Assembly: GCA_965222615.1 (NCBI GenBank)
Contig: CBDCUI010000007.1
Span: 448,001-512,000 of the forward strand
Reading direction: 5' to 3'
Source: Gammaproteobacteria bacterium
GTDB lineage: Bacteria > Pseudomonadota > Gammaproteobacteria > UBA4575
DNA: 64,000 nt
The notes under the pieces were generated by a model. The model was not told where the DNA came from. It searched no databases and saw only the letters and a program-made list of their open reading frames with translations. The position numbers and the translations under genes were made by a program. Shown in pieces: positions 1 through 10,062 of this stretch (its first letter is position 1; the number at the start of each line of letters is the position of its first letter).

Positions 1-1122
1 CAAGTCGGTTGCCGTGGCATAGCCTTGTTGTACAGCCTGATATAACTGCTCACGATTAACTTTCATATGCGGTAACATATTGGCAAATGCGGTAAGGCAA
101 GCATGCACCGTATCGATGCTATCAAATAACGGTTCTTTGTCTTCTTGATTGTCTTTGTTATACGCTAAGGGCTGGCTTTTCATCAAAGTCAATAATGCCA
201 GTAGATTTGCATACACACGTGCACTTTTGCCACGCACCAATTCGGGTACATCTGGATTCTTTTTTTGCGGCATGATCGAAGAGCCTGTGCAAAAGCGATC
301 AGGGAGCTCAATAAAATTAAATTGTGCCGAGGTCCACAATATTATTTCTTCCGCCATACGCGAAAGGTGAGTAAATAAAATTGCCGCAAAGCTACAAAAT
401 TCTATGGCAAAATCTCGATCACTTACCGCATCCAGACTATTATGACATGGGTTATCAAACTGCAATTGTTTTGCAACATAGTCTCGATCTAAATCGAAGC
501 TACTACCGGCAAGCGCCACAGCACCCAGAGGCGATTGATTCACACTCACTTTACATTGCTGTAAACGCACACGGTCACGATAAAGCATTTCAAACCAAGC
601 TAACATGTGATGCCCAAATGTAATCACTTGTGCTACTTGCAAATGGGTGAAGCCAGGCATGATGGTTCCGGCTTCTTGTGCCGCAAGTGATAGAATGGCC
701 TGTTGCAAATTAGCAAGCTGTCCATCAATAGCATCGATTGCTTCGCGCAAATAGAGACGTACATCGGTGGCGACCTGGTCATTGCGTGAACGACCGGTAT
801 GCAATCGCTTACCTGCTTCGCCCACGAGCTCAGTAAGACGTGCTTCAATATTCATATGCACATCCTCCAAACTAGTGTTCCACTTAAAGTTTCCTGCCTC
901 TATTTCGGTCTCAATCTCGTCAAGGGCCTGCAGCAATTGGTCACGGTCTTTTGCGCTCAACACACCAATATGGGCAAGCATTTGTGCATGTGCCTTAGAG
1001 CCTAGAATGTCATATTTATAAAGACGTTTATCAAACTCCACAGATGCGTTAAATTGCTCTACAAATTCATCTGTGGCCTCAGTAAACCGACCACCCCAGA
1101 GTTTTGAGCTTTTATCCTTCAT
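1..1122 (-). CDS. argH: Argininosuccinate lyase, 3' end outside the window
   Basis: Not in the ORF track because it is open at the edge. The minus strand from the ATG at 1122 reads [35 protein letters not shown]; [11 protein letters not shown] and [20 protein letters not shown] signatures follow. Divergent from algZ-algR as in Pseudomonas. Confidence 0.96.
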   Translation of the reverse strand, partial: MKDKSSKLWGGRFTEATDEFVEQFNASVEFDKRLYKYDILGSKAHAQMLAHIGVLSAKDRDQLLQALDEIETEIEAGNFKWNTSLEDVHMNIEARLTELVGEAGKRLHTGRSRNDQVATDVRLYLREAIDAIDGQLANLQQAILSLAAQEAGTIMPGFTHLQVAQVITFGHHMLAWFEMLYRDRVRLQQCKVSVNQSPLGAVALAGSSFDLDRDYVAKQLQFDNPCHNSLDAVSDRDFAIEFCSFAAILFTHLSRMAEEIILWTSAQFNFIELPDRFCTGSSIMPQKKNPDVPELVRGKSARVYANLLALLTLMKSQPLAYNKDNQEDKEPLFDSIDTVHACLTAFANMLPHMKVNREQLYQAVQQGYATATDL

Positions 1123-1205
1123 CAGATTATTTTCTAAAGACAAAATAGCAGTATAGCATTAGGCTTATCAAACAAGATTGACTGACTCATCTCAGATTAT
1201 TCATC

Positions 1206-2291
1206 GTGACTAAACCTGACACTAAGCAAAATTCAAAACCTGACTCCGCCGTAGAAGAGCGAACGTTTTTGCCTGATTTTTGCAATACGCGCGTGATCTT
1301 CTTAGTGATTTTAATTGCGCAGTTACTGGCTCTAGTATTGACCTTGGCAGGAGGTATTCAGCGCACAGATTTTTGGGTATACCTAGCCTTAGTGTCTTTA
1401 TTCGTTACCTGGATTGCGTTAGGTAACATCTTGGTTTTATGCGTCAGCCGCCGTTTTCTACAAAAACTTCACCCTGCTGTTGCGTCCTTCAGTTATTATG
1501 CTCTCAGCCTGAGTGTTACTTTGATTGTGACATTAGTTGCGATGTGGTTTACACCTTCGGAAAATTTGCAAGCTACAATGTTTCCGGCCTTATTGAGTAG
1601 CGATTTACTAATTCGAAATATGGCGATAAGTGCTATTGTCTCCGCTGTGGCGTTACGGTATTTCTATGTACAACATCAGTGGAAATCCAATATTCAAGTA
1701 GAAGCACGTTCTCGTATTCAGGCCCTACAGGCTCGTATTCGCCCGCATTTCTTATTTAATAGTATGAATACCATTGCTAGCCTCACGCACACCAGCCCCG
1801 ACCTAGCCGAAAAAGCGGTAGAAGATTTAGCGGACTTATTTCGTGCATCGCTTGGCCACCAAGATCAGGTGACCCTAAAAGAGGAGCTAAACTTCACGCG
1901 GCGCTATATCAATATGGAAAAACTGCGTTTAGGTAAGCGACTTAAAGTTGAATTAAAAATACAAGAAGGTATAAGCTTGAGTACCAAGGTGCCAGCTTTA
2001 ATATTACAGCCAATTGTTGAAAATGCCATTTACCATGGGGTGGAACCTCTCACTGAAGGCGGCACCGTAAATATTGACATAACCTCTACACGACACGATT
2101 TACATTTTATAATTAGCAACCCGGTCGGAGATATCAATATTGACCAAAAGCGTCCGGGCAATAAAATGGCGCAAGAAAATATCAAACAGAGGCTCCAATT
2201 GGCCTACGGTGATTTTAGTAAAATGGAAATTCGCCACGCTCAGGGTTTTTATACGGTATCATTCAATATTCCTATCGAGGCAGATGCATGA
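1206..2291 (+). CDS. algZ: LytS/AlgZ(FimS)-type sensor histidine kinase
   Basis: N-terminal TM helices, LQARIRPHFLFNSMN H-box and LQPIVENAIYHG N-box; sits between argH and a LytTR regulator. Confidence 0.9.
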   Translation: MTKPDTKQNSKPDSAVEERTFLPDFCNTRVIFLVILIAQLLALVLTLAGGIQRTDFWVYLALVSLFVTWIALGNILVLCVSRRFLQKLHPAVASFSYYALSLSVTLIVTLVAMWFTPSENLQATMFPALLSSDLLIRNMAISAIVSAVALRYFYVQHQWKSNIQVEARSRIQALQARIRPHFLFNSMNTIASLTHTSPDLAEKAVEDLADLFRASLGHQDQVTLKEELNFTRRYINMEKLRLGKRLKVELKIQEGISLSTKVPALILQPIVENAIYHGVEPLTEGGTVNIDITSTRHDLHFIISNPVGDINIDQKRPGNKMAQENIKQRLQLAYGDFSKMEIRHAQGFYTVSFNIPIEADA

Positions 2292-3019
2292 AAGTATTAA
2301 TTGTTGACGACGAAGCACCCGCACGTGACAGGCTGTCACATATGTTAAGCAGTATGGACGACATCCAAAATGCTGGTGAGGCCAGTAATGGCATTGAGGC
2401 CGTGGAAATGGTGCAATCTACACGGCCCGATGTGGTATTGATGGATATTCGTATGCCTGGCATGGATGGTTTAGAAGCAGCCAGACATCTTACCGAAATG
2501 GATGAGCCTCCGGCGATTATATTCACTACTGCATACAGTGAGCATGCATTGGAAGCATTTGATACGTCTGCGGTAGGTTATTTAGTCAAGCCCGTGCGCC
2601 AGGAAAAATTAGAAAATTCCATTGCACGTGCAAAAAAACTCACTAAAGCTCAAATTGCCACCCTAAATCAAGAAACGGATAGCCCAGGTCGCAGTCATAT
2701 TTGTGCACGCATTCGAGGCAATTTAGAGTTAATTCCAGTTGACGAAATTCTCTATTTTCAGGCCGATCAAAAATACATTACCGTTCGACACCTGGGTGGC
2801 GAGGTCTTAATCGAAGATGCCCTGAAAAATTTAGAAAATGAATTTGAAGGCAAACTAATCCGTATTCACCGTAACGCTCTGGTAAGTACTCACTACATCA
2901 GCGGCATGGAAAAAAATCAAGATGGTCGTTTTGTGGTTACCTTTCGTGAAATCGAAGACCGTTTAGAGATTAGTCGGAGGCACGTAGCCGAGGTCCGTAA
3001 ATTCCTCAAATCACGCTGA
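2288..3019 (+). CDS. algR: LytTR-family response regulator AlgR
   Basis: Receiver domain (VDDE, DIRMPGMDG) plus LytTR domain (RIHRNALV, ISRRH); argH-algZ-algR-hemC synteny. Confidence 0.92.
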   Translation: MKVLIVDDEAPARDRLSHMLSSMDDIQNAGEASNGIEAVEMVQSTRPDVVLMDIRMPGMDGLEAARHLTEMDEPPAIIFTTAYSEHALEAFDTSAVGYLVKPVRQEKLENSIARAKKLTKAQIATLNQETDSPGRSHICARIRGNLELIPVDEILYFQADQKYITVRHLGGEVLIEDALKNLENEFEGKLIRIHRNALVSTHYISGMEKNQDGRFVVTFREIEDRLEISRRHVAEVRKFLKSR

Positions 3020-3139
3020 CAGACTCTGATTTATTTTGATACTTCGTTAAAAAATGACTCGAAATGCTCATGTATGTTCATATACACTCCGCTTCCTCGT
3101 CATTTTTCGCCTCGTCTCATTAATAAATCAGTGCCCGTC
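3018..3139. repeat. Intergenic palindromic element (MITE/REP-like), copy 1
   Basis: Imperfect terminal IR ctctgatttatt...aataaatcagtg; core GAAATGCTCATGTA-n-TATACACTCCGCTT shared with the other copies. Confidence 0.8.
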
Positions 3140-3205
3140 TAAATATTACACTTAATTAATAATTCTATAATCCTTATTTACTAATAAGGTAACCCATAAT
3201 CTCCT

Positions 3206-4120
3206 GTGCTTATTAGAATTGCGACTCGGAAAAGTGCGTTGGCTTTGTGGCAAGCTGAAGAGGTCTCGCGTCGGTTACGTGAAATTCACACTGATCTAAG
3301 TGTAGAGCTCGTCAAAATGACAACCACGGGTGATCGTTTGTTACAAGAATCTCTCGCGACTCAAGGTGGAAAAGGTCTTTTCGTAAAAGAACTTGAACGT
3401 GGTTTATTAGAAAACCAAGCGGATATTGCCGTGCATTCTATGAAAGACGTACCGATTGAATTACCTCCAGCACTACATCTCCCTGTAATACTGGAACGCG
3501 AGAACCCCTGTGATGCATTCATTTCTAACCAATATACAACTTTGCAATCACTGCCAAAGAAAGCGGTATTAGGTACTGCCAGTGCACGTCGTGCCTGCCA
3601 AATTAAGGCTGCTCATCCACACTTAGAAATTAAATTATTGCGCGGCAATGTAAACACACGTCTTGCTAAATTAGACCAAGGGCACTATGACGCAATTATC
3701 TTGGCGGTTGCGGGTCTTAAACGTCTAGGTTTAGTTGAACGTATCCGTTCTATTCTTACTACTGAAGAATCACTTCCTGCCATTGGACAAGGTGCAATTG
3801 GCATTGAGTGTAGACACGGAGACGACGTGATTGAACCAATCATCAAACCATTAAATCATGCCGATACTTTGACTTGTATCAGCGCTGAACGCGCCGTCAG
3901 CCAAACTCTGTTGGGTGGCTGCCAGTTACCGATTGCGGGCTTCGCTGAACTAACCAGTGACCATTTAAGACTGCGTGCTTTGGTGGGCGACCCAAATGGA
4001 GAAAAGATTTGTCGCAGCGAAAAATTTGGTCACAAGCATGACCCGATACAATTAGGGAAAAGCGTTGCGACAGACTTAAAGGCTCAAGGTGCAGACGATA
4101 TATTAGCAACGCTATTATAA
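3206..4120 (+). CDS. hemC: Hydroxymethylbilane synthase (porphobilinogen deaminase)
   Basis: IATRKSALALWQA, GGKGLFVKELE, AVHSMKDVP, LRGNVNTRL and GGCQLPI motifs. Confidence 0.97.
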   Translation: MLIRIATRKSALALWQAEEVSRRLREIHTDLSVELVKMTTTGDRLLQESLATQGGKGLFVKELERGLLENQADIAVHSMKDVPIELPPALHLPVILERENPCDAFISNQYTTLQSLPKKAVLGTASARRACQIKAAHPHLEIKLLRGNVNTRLAKLDQGHYDAIILAVAGLKRLGLVERIRSILTTEESLPAIGQGAIGIECRHGDDVIEPIIKPLNHADTLTCISAERAVSQTLLGGCQLPIAGFAELTSDHLRLRALVGDPNGEKICRSEKFGHKHDPIQLGKSVATDLKAQGADDILATLL

Positions 4121-4165
4121 CAAAGTAATAGTTACAATTTTTAATTATGAACTTTTATCTAACTT

Positions 4166-4945
4166 ATGGATTCCAATAAACAGCTTATTGGTAAAACAGT
4201 GGTTGTTACTCGACCACTTGAGCAGGCACAAAAAATTTGTGAGTTATTAGAGCGCTACCAGGCAACTGTTATACACTTTCCTGTATTAACTATAACCCCA
4301 TTAGTAGAAACAGAACTTGCGAAGCAGAAGTTTCAACAATTAGATAACTACCATATGATATTTTTTGTCAGTGCAAATGCCGTTCACTACGCTGTGAAGT
4401 TGTCACAAGAAATTGGTATAAACTTCATCAACAGAAGATTGATTGCTATAGGCCCGGCAACAAAAATAGCATTAGAAAAGTATGGTCTTAATATCGATAT
4501 CACCCCTTCTGCAAGTTATACCAGTGAGGCTTTACTTAAAGAAGAGCCATTACAAAACGTTCATGATAAAAGAATTCTTATCGTTCGGGGGCATGGAGGG
4601 CGTGAGAGATTACGGCAGGAATTAGAAGCACGCGGTGCTAAGGTAGAATATGCTGAGGTATATCAGCGCGAACTTCCAAAACAACGTAGTAGCATAGACC
4701 TTAGCGAACTTTCTAGTACTGATACTGCAATATTGATCTACAGTGTAGAGTCTGCACAAAACTTGTGGTCACTTTGTAGTATTAATGAACAACGGTGGTT
4801 AACTAACGCTACTCTTATTACGGGGGGAAACCGTATAGCTAATGCTACAAGTGAGGTAGGATTCGCAAAAACGCCTATAATAGCGGAAAATCCTAGTGAC
4901 GAGGCTATGTTAAATGCTCTTGTCATTTGGGCCAATACAAGCTGA
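4166..4945 (+). CDS. hemD: Uroporphyrinogen-III synthase
   Basis: VVVTRP, FVSANAV, IGPATK, RGHGGRE and EVYQR motifs; follows hemC. Confidence 0.93.
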   Translation: MDSNKQLIGKTVVVTRPLEQAQKICELLERYQATVIHFPVLTITPLVETELAKQKFQQLDNYHMIFFVSANAVHYAVKLSQEIGINFINRRLIAIGPATKIALEKYGLNIDITPSASYTSEALLKEEPLQNVHDKRILIVRGHGGRERLRQELEARGAKVEYAEVYQRELPKQRSSIDLSELSSTDTAILIYSVESAQNLWSLCSINEQRWLTNATLITGGNRIANATSEVGFAKTPIIAENPSDEAMLNALVIWANTS

Positions 4946-4977
4946 CAATAATAGAATTAAAAAATAGAGAAGCTGTA

Positions 4978-6066
4978 ATGTCAGATACAAATCAAAATAA
5001 ACAACCACCAAAAACAGTTAAAAAAAATAAGCACAGTTCCAGTGGCAGTTTTTTTACTGGTTTCATTGCATTTCTTGCGTTATTGCTAGCTGCAAGTGGA
5101 ATTGGTCTGGGTTATTTCGCATGGCTTGAGCTAAATAAACGACTCGATCAAGCTGCAGTAGATCGAAAATCAATTGCACATGATATCGCCACAATTGATG
5201 AAAATGTTAAATTGCAAGGCTTCAAGAAAAAAATTAATCAAAATATCGAAGATGTGGACCAAAAATTTGTTGAATTATCGCAACAATTCGAACAACAAGC
5301 AGATCAACAAGATAAACTTCAGCAATCAACTCAAGAAACCATTGCACATGTAAATCGAAGTCGGTTGGGCTGGGGATTAAAAGAAGTTGAGCATGTTCTA
5401 AGAATGGCCAATCATCGCTTGCATATTGAGCGCGATATCGGTAGTGCAATTACAGCACTTAAAGCAGCCAACACTCGTGTTCATGAACTTAAAGATGCCC
5501 GCTTACTACCTGTTCGTGAGTCTATTTCTAAACAAGTAGGGAAATTAAAAAATTTCCCCTATCCGGACTGGGTAGGAATTAGTTTGCAACTTGATAATAT
5601 TCTTGCTGGACTTAAACGAGATCTTATTAATGATAGCCAACAACAAAAAAGTGACAATGTAAAAGTCGATGACGATAGATCCGAAAGTAGTGAGCAGAAA
5701 TCTGGTTGGGGGAAATTTACCGAAGATATTAAAAATTCTATAAGCAATTCTGTAAAAATCACACGTGAAGAACAAAAACTTAAGTTGTTTATCAGCCAAC
5801 AAGAAAAACAAAGTGCATATGAGTTTTTACGTATGAAACTACTAGGCGCAAAATATGCCGTTGCTAGTCGCGATAATGAGAGTTACCACCGTGAACTTGA
5901 AGCTGCGACAGCATGGCTTGAAGATACTGAGTCAATGAACAACAGCGAAGATTTGATCAATGAACTAAAAGATTTATCAACTGTAAATCTTGAACCAGAT
6001 TTGCCCGATATCACTGAGCCCAATACATTGCTTGTCGACATCTTGGAAACTATAGAGAATAACTAA
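4978..6066 (+). CDS. hemX: HemX-family membrane-anchored protein
   Basis: Single TM followed by coiled coil and W-x-L-x-E-x-x-H-x-L-x-x-A-N-x-R-L motif; hemCDXY order. The ATG at 4978 (MSDTN) is preferred over the ORF-track start 4927. Confidence 0.85.
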   Translation: MSDTNQNKQPPKTVKKNKHSSSGSFFTGFIAFLALLLAASGIGLGYFAWLELNKRLDQAAVDRKSIAHDIATIDENVKLQGFKKKINQNIEDVDQKFVELSQQFEQQADQQDKLQQSTQETIAHVNRSRLGWGLKEVEHVLRMANHRLHIERDIGSAITALKAANTRVHELKDARLLPVRESISKQVGKLKNFPYPDWVGISLQLDNILAGLKRDLINDSQQQKSDNVKVDDDRSESSEQKSGWGKFTEDIKNSISNSVKITREEQKLKLFISQQEKQSAYEFLRMKLLGAKYAVASRDNESYHRELEAATAWLEDTESMNNSEDLINELKDLSTVNLEPDLPDITEPNTLLVDILETIENN

Positions 6067-6079
6067 CCGAGAAAAATAA

Positions 6080-7270
6080 ATGTTAAGAGCACTAATAATT
6101 TTTATTTTCTTTTTACTGGTTTTTGCAGGACTGACGTTCTTTTTAATGCAAAAACCTGGCTTTGCTGTGTTTAATTACGGCGATTTAAGTATAGAGCTTC
6201 CTTTAGTAAAATTTGTTATTGGTTTATTTATTTTTTTTACCATCCTCTATTTCATTCTACGTTTACTAAGCTTTTTGTTTGGCGCACCAAAACGCATTCA
6301 CCAATCCGTCTCACGTAGCAAACAACAAAAAGCCATCAGCACGACTAAACAAGGCCTAACTCAATTTATTCTGGGCGATTGGCAGAAATCTGAAAAACTT
6401 TTATTAAAGGGAGCTGACAATATAGACAATGCATGTGTTAACTATATCTGGGCTGCACGGTCTGCCCATCAAGCAGGTGACTATGAAACTCGCGATCATC
6501 ATCTGAGTATGGCAAAAGAATGCACACCTGATGCAAAGGCAGCACTCAATGTATTACAAGCAGAATTGTTACTCGATCAAGGTTTACCAGAACAAGCCCT
6601 TGCAAGTTTAAATCAACAAAGCAATAAAATTCATTCAAATCCAAAAATAGCCATGTTATTTGCAGCAGCTTATGAACAATTAAATGACTGGCAAAAATTA
6701 GCCACCATTATCCCTGACTTAAAACGCACAAAAGGCCTTGATAAACAACAGCTTAACAAAATTGAAAGAAAAACGGTACAGGGTTTATTGAGCGGCAACT
6801 TTAACAAACTTAACGCTGATGAAGCCATTAAAATTGGATCACAATTTAAAGAAGTAATCGCTGCCGATCACGATCTCACTGTCGCTTATATTGAAGCGCT
6901 ATGTGAACAAAACAAATATACCGAAGCTGAAACCCTTATTACTAAAAGCCTGAATGACAAATGGAATAGCAAACTAATCTATCTATATGGCTTATTGGAG
7001 TTGGATGACTACAGTAACGCCCTCAAAAATGCTGAGCAGTGGGCCAAAACTCAGACCAATGATGCAAACTTGTATTTAACTTTAGGCCGACTTTGTAAAC
7101 GCGCACAATTGTGGGGCAAAGCGAAATCGTACTTTGAATCAAGTCTAAGTCGCAAACCCTTACCTGAAGCCTATGCAGAACTTGCCGCTCTACACGAACA
7201 GCTAGATGAAGCCGATGACGCGTACCAATGTACAAAAAAAGGCCTAAAACTTGCTGCCAAAGTAATATAA
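6080..7270 (+). CDS. hemY: HemY-family TPR membrane protein
   Basis: Two N-terminal TMs, TPR repeats and LGRLCKRAQLWGKAKSYFESSL motif. Confidence 0.9.
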   Translation: MLRALIIFIFFLLVFAGLTFFLMQKPGFAVFNYGDLSIELPLVKFVIGLFIFFTILYFILRLLSFLFGAPKRIHQSVSRSKQQKAISTTKQGLTQFILGDWQKSEKLLLKGADNIDNACVNYIWAARSAHQAGDYETRDHHLSMAKECTPDAKAALNVLQAELLLDQGLPEQALASLNQQSNKIHSNPKIAMLFAAAYEQLNDWQKLATIIPDLKRTKGLDKQQLNKIERKTVQGLLSGNFNKLNADEAIKIGSQFKEVIAADHDLTVAYIEALCEQNKYTEAETLITKSLNDKWNSKLIYLYGLLELDDYSNALKNAEQWAKTQTNDANLYLTLGRLCKRAQLWGKAKSYFESSLSRKPLPEAYAELAALHEQLDEADDAYQCTKKGLKLAAKVI

Positions 7271-7486
7271 ATCTACATCACCTCGATCTCTAGCTATACG
7301 ATTTCATCAATTTTTTACATTAATCGACTAGATTTACAAACCGATAGCCCGTCTTAGGATTTGGCATCACGTATAGTGAATTTCACTATTTCAACCTGTG
7401 CAATGTCTGCTTGAATATTTTTTCAAGCTTACGTATTTTAAGTCACTAACAGCCGCCATATATGTTGAAAAATTGACGCCATAACC

Positions 7487-7993
7487 ATGCTCGGTCGTAT
7501 ATTAGTAATTGCTATTATTTTATTCGTTTTGTGGCTATTGTTATCTGGTCATTTTGAGCCTCTGCTATTATCACTTGGTTTAATTAGCTGTATTTTTGTC
7601 GCATGGTTAACAATAAAATTAAATTTACTCAGCCCTGATTCTCATGCACTATGGTTCAATTTAAAACTACCAACGTTTCTACCTTGGTTTTTTCTTGAAA
7701 TAGTAAAATCAAATTTAGAGGTAAGTTGGCGAATATTGCATCCCAAATTACCTATTAGCCCCACTATAAGTTCGGTGCCTATCACTAAGCACAATAATAT
7801 TGGAAAAGCAGTTTATGCTAATTGCATAACTTTGACGCCTGGCACCTATAGCTTGGATATAAATCCTGACTTTATTGAAGTGCACTCATTGACAAAAAAC
7901 TTAGCCGAAGGATTGGATCAAGACAATATGGGCAAAAGAATTTTAGCGCTGCAAAAAAATATTCCCGATATCGATAACTCTAAAAAGCTTTAA
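7487..7993 (+). CDS. mnhE: Mrp/Mnh Na+/H+ antiporter subunit E
   Basis: LWLLLSG and YANCITLTPGT motifs, plus VHSL. Confidence 0.9.
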   Translation: MLGRILVIAIILFVLWLLLSGHFEPLLLSLGLISCIFVAWLTIKLNLLSPDSHALWFNLKLPTFLPWFFLEIVKSNLEVSWRILHPKLPISPTISSVPITKHNNIGKAVYANCITLTPGTYSLDINPDFIEVHSLTKNLAEGLDQDNMGKRILALQKNIPDIDNSKKL

Positions 7994-7999
7994 GATAGA

Positions 8000-8269
8000 A
8001 TGTTTCTTACTACTACCATTGCAATTCTACTGGTCATGCTATTTTTATTAATACGCGCAACACTTGGGCCAACTGTGTTCGATCGAATTCTCGCTATTAA
8101 TACCTTTGGTACCACAACAGTATTGTTAATTGCATTATTTGGATTCTTAACTAAACGCCCTGATTTTATGGATATAGCCCTGCTATATGCACTGATTAAT
8201 TTTATTTCGACTATTGCAGTATTAAAGCTGTTTAGATACGGAAGCCTTGGTAAAACCATTGATGATTAA
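8000..8269 (+). CDS. mnhF: Mrp/Mnh antiporter subunit F
   Basis: GPTVFDRILA and DIALLYALINFISTIA motifs. Confidence 0.92.
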   Translation: MFLTTTIAILLVMLFLLIRATLGPTVFDRILAINTFGTTTVLLIALFGFLTKRPDFMDIALLYALINFISTIAVLKLFRYGSLGKTIDD

Positions 8270-8281
8270 GGATATCTTAAC

Positions 8282-8572
8282 GTGATTATACTGGGTTGGT
8301 TATTACTATTGCTAGGCAGTGCCTTTTGTTTGATCGGCACTCTAGGGCTCATGCGTTTACCTGATTTTTTTACTCGTGTTCACGCAGCAGGCATCATAGA
8401 CAGCTTAGGTGCAATTCTTATTTTGTTAGGACTTATTACCCAGACTCAAGATATTTTAGTCATTATAAAACTATTGCTAATTTTACTTTTTATGATGATA
8501 ACTGGACCAACCGCCGTACATGCTTTAGCACGCGCTGCTTCATTATCTGAAAAAAAATCAAACATTGATTGA
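8282..8572 (+). CDS. mnhG: Mrp/Mnh antiporter subunit G
   Basis: GLMRLPDFFTRVHAA and PTAVHALARAA motifs. Confidence 0.92.
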   Translation: MIILGWLLLLLGSAFCLIGTLGLMRLPDFFTRVHAAGIIDSLGAILILLGLITQTQDILVIIKLLLILLFMMITGPTAVHALARAASLSEKKSNID

Positions 8573-8596
8573 AAATACTTAATCGTAGCTAGAAAA

Positions 8597-9133
8597 ATGG
8601 ATATAGAAACAACCGTCAACATATGTTTATTAACATTGTTGATATTCACTGCACTCACATTAGTACGTATTCAAAGTTTATTGGCAGTTGTTCTATTAAG
8701 TGGTATTTATAGTTTACTGTCTGCAGGCTTGTTCGTAACACTTGATGCAGTCGACGTCGCTTTTACTGAAGCTGCTGTTGGTGCAGGCATAACAACGGTT
8801 TTATTACTCGGCGCCGTCGCAATTACAGGCAGGCAACAAACCGTTACGCGACATGGCAAATTATTGCCTCTAGTCGTGATCGGAATTACAGCAAGTGCAT
8901 TAATCTACGGTACTTTGGATATGCCGCTTTTTGGTAACCCGAATGCACCAATTCATACTCATGTAGCACCTCGTTACTTAACCCAAAGCGCTGATGAGAT
9001 CGGTATTCCTAATGTCGTGACATCTGTGCTGGCAAGTTATCGCGGTTATGACACTTTAGGCGAAGTTACAGTCGTGTTCACAGCTGCAATAGGCGTGCTG
9101 CTGCTGATAGGTAGATCTAAAAACAAATCCTAA
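8597..9133 (+). CDS. Mrp antiporter MrpA-C/MnhB-related subunit (DUF4040 plus MnhB N-part)
   Basis: AVDVAFTEAAVGAG and NVVTSVLASYRGYDTLGEVTV motifs. Confidence 0.88.
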   Translation: MDIETTVNICLLTLLIFTALTLVRIQSLLAVVLLSGIYSLLSAGLFVTLDAVDVAFTEAAVGAGITTVLLLGAVAITGRQQTVTRHGKLLPLVVIGITASALIYGTLDMPLFGNPNAPIHTHVAPRYLTQSADEIGIPNVVTSVLASYRGYDTLGEVTVVFTAAIGVLLLIGRSKNKS

Positions 9134-9142
9134 ATCAATATT

Positions 9143-9565
9143 ATGGATAAAAAGACCAGCTTGATTCTGCGCGAAGTTTGTAATTTCACAATCCCTGCAG
9201 TCATGCTTTATGCCTTGTATGTCCAATTTCATGGCGACTATGGGCCAGGCGGTGGTTTTCAAGCAGGTGTGATTTTCGCAGCTGCGGTAATTCTTTATGC
9301 CCTAGTTTATGGAAGAGAGAGGGTACAACGAATCTTCCCTACCAATATCGTACGAATATTTGTATCTATTGGCTTACTCCTTTATGCATCCGTAGGTGTC
9401 GCTACGATGTTTATGGGTGGTAATTTTCTTGATTACGACGCCCTGTTACATGATCGCCAACATGCGCAACACCTAGGTATCTTTCTAATCGAATTAGGAG
9501 TAGGTATCACGGTTGCTGCTGTAATGATTGTTATCTTTTACGCACTCGATGAGTTTACTGACTAA
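9143..9565 (+). CDS. mnhB: Mrp/Mnh antiporter subunit B
   Basis: HGDYGPGGGFQAGVI and IELGVGITV motifs. Confidence 0.92.
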   Translation: MDKKTSLILREVCNFTIPAVMLYALYVQFHGDYGPGGGFQAGVIFAAAVILYALVYGRERVQRIFPTNIVRIFVSIGLLLYASVGVATMFMGGNFLDYDALLHDRQHAQHLGIFLIELGVGITVAAVMIVIFYALDEFTD

Positions 9566-9568
9566 CAT

Positions 9569-9928
9569 ATGATTGCAGATTTTTATAATTACTGGGTCGT
9601 TATCATATTAATGATGATTGGTTTTTATATCGTTATTTCAGACTCAAACTTAATCAAAAAAAATATTGGGCTTACTATTTTTCAAACTTCAGTATTTATT
9701 TTGTTCATTTCTATGAGCAAAGTAGATGGTGGAACTGCGCCCATTTTAATAGATGCACCAATCTTATATAGCAACCCTTTGCCACACGTTTTAATTTTGA
9801 CAGCGATCGTAGTAGGGGTTGCCACTACAGCATTGGGATTGGCACTCATTGCAAGAATACACAGAGCCTATGGCACAATTGACGAGACCATTATTCAAGA
9901 ACGGGATGAAGATGAAGAAGATACCTAA
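9569..9928 (+). CDS. mnhC: Mrp/Mnh antiporter subunit C
   Basis: NLIKK and NPLPHVLILTAIVVGVATTAL motifs. Confidence 0.93.
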   Translation: MIADFYNYWVVIILMMIGFYIVISDSNLIKKNIGLTIFQTSVFILFISMSKVDGGTAPILIDAPILYSNPLPHVLILTAIVVGVATTALGLALIARIHRAYGTIDETIIQERDEDEEDT

Positions 9929-10062
9929 GGAAGCTCTGATTTATTCTGATATGTCGTTAAAAAAATGTCTCGAAATGCTCATGTATTCACCTATACACTC
10001 CGCTTTCTCAACATTTTTTGCCTAATCTCAGTCATTTCATTAATAAATCCGAGCTTCCTTAG
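9925..10062. repeat. Intergenic palindromic element, copy 2 (best preserved)
   Basis: 21-bp terminal IR ctaaggaagctctgatttatt / aataaatccgagcttccttag with one mismatch; core GAAATGCTCATGTA..CTATACACTCCGCTTT. Confidence 0.88.

Noticed and set aside
149-1021. Several short ORFs in the track
   Set aside because: They are antisense or out-of-frame shadows of argH.
1206-2291. Histidine kinase with a degenerate ATP-lid (no clear G boxes)
   Set aside because: Known property of AlgZ/FimS orthologues, so not novel.
9819-10025. 68-aa ORF spanning the mnhC end
   Set aside because: It runs out of frame through mnhC and into the palindromic element; no protein features.
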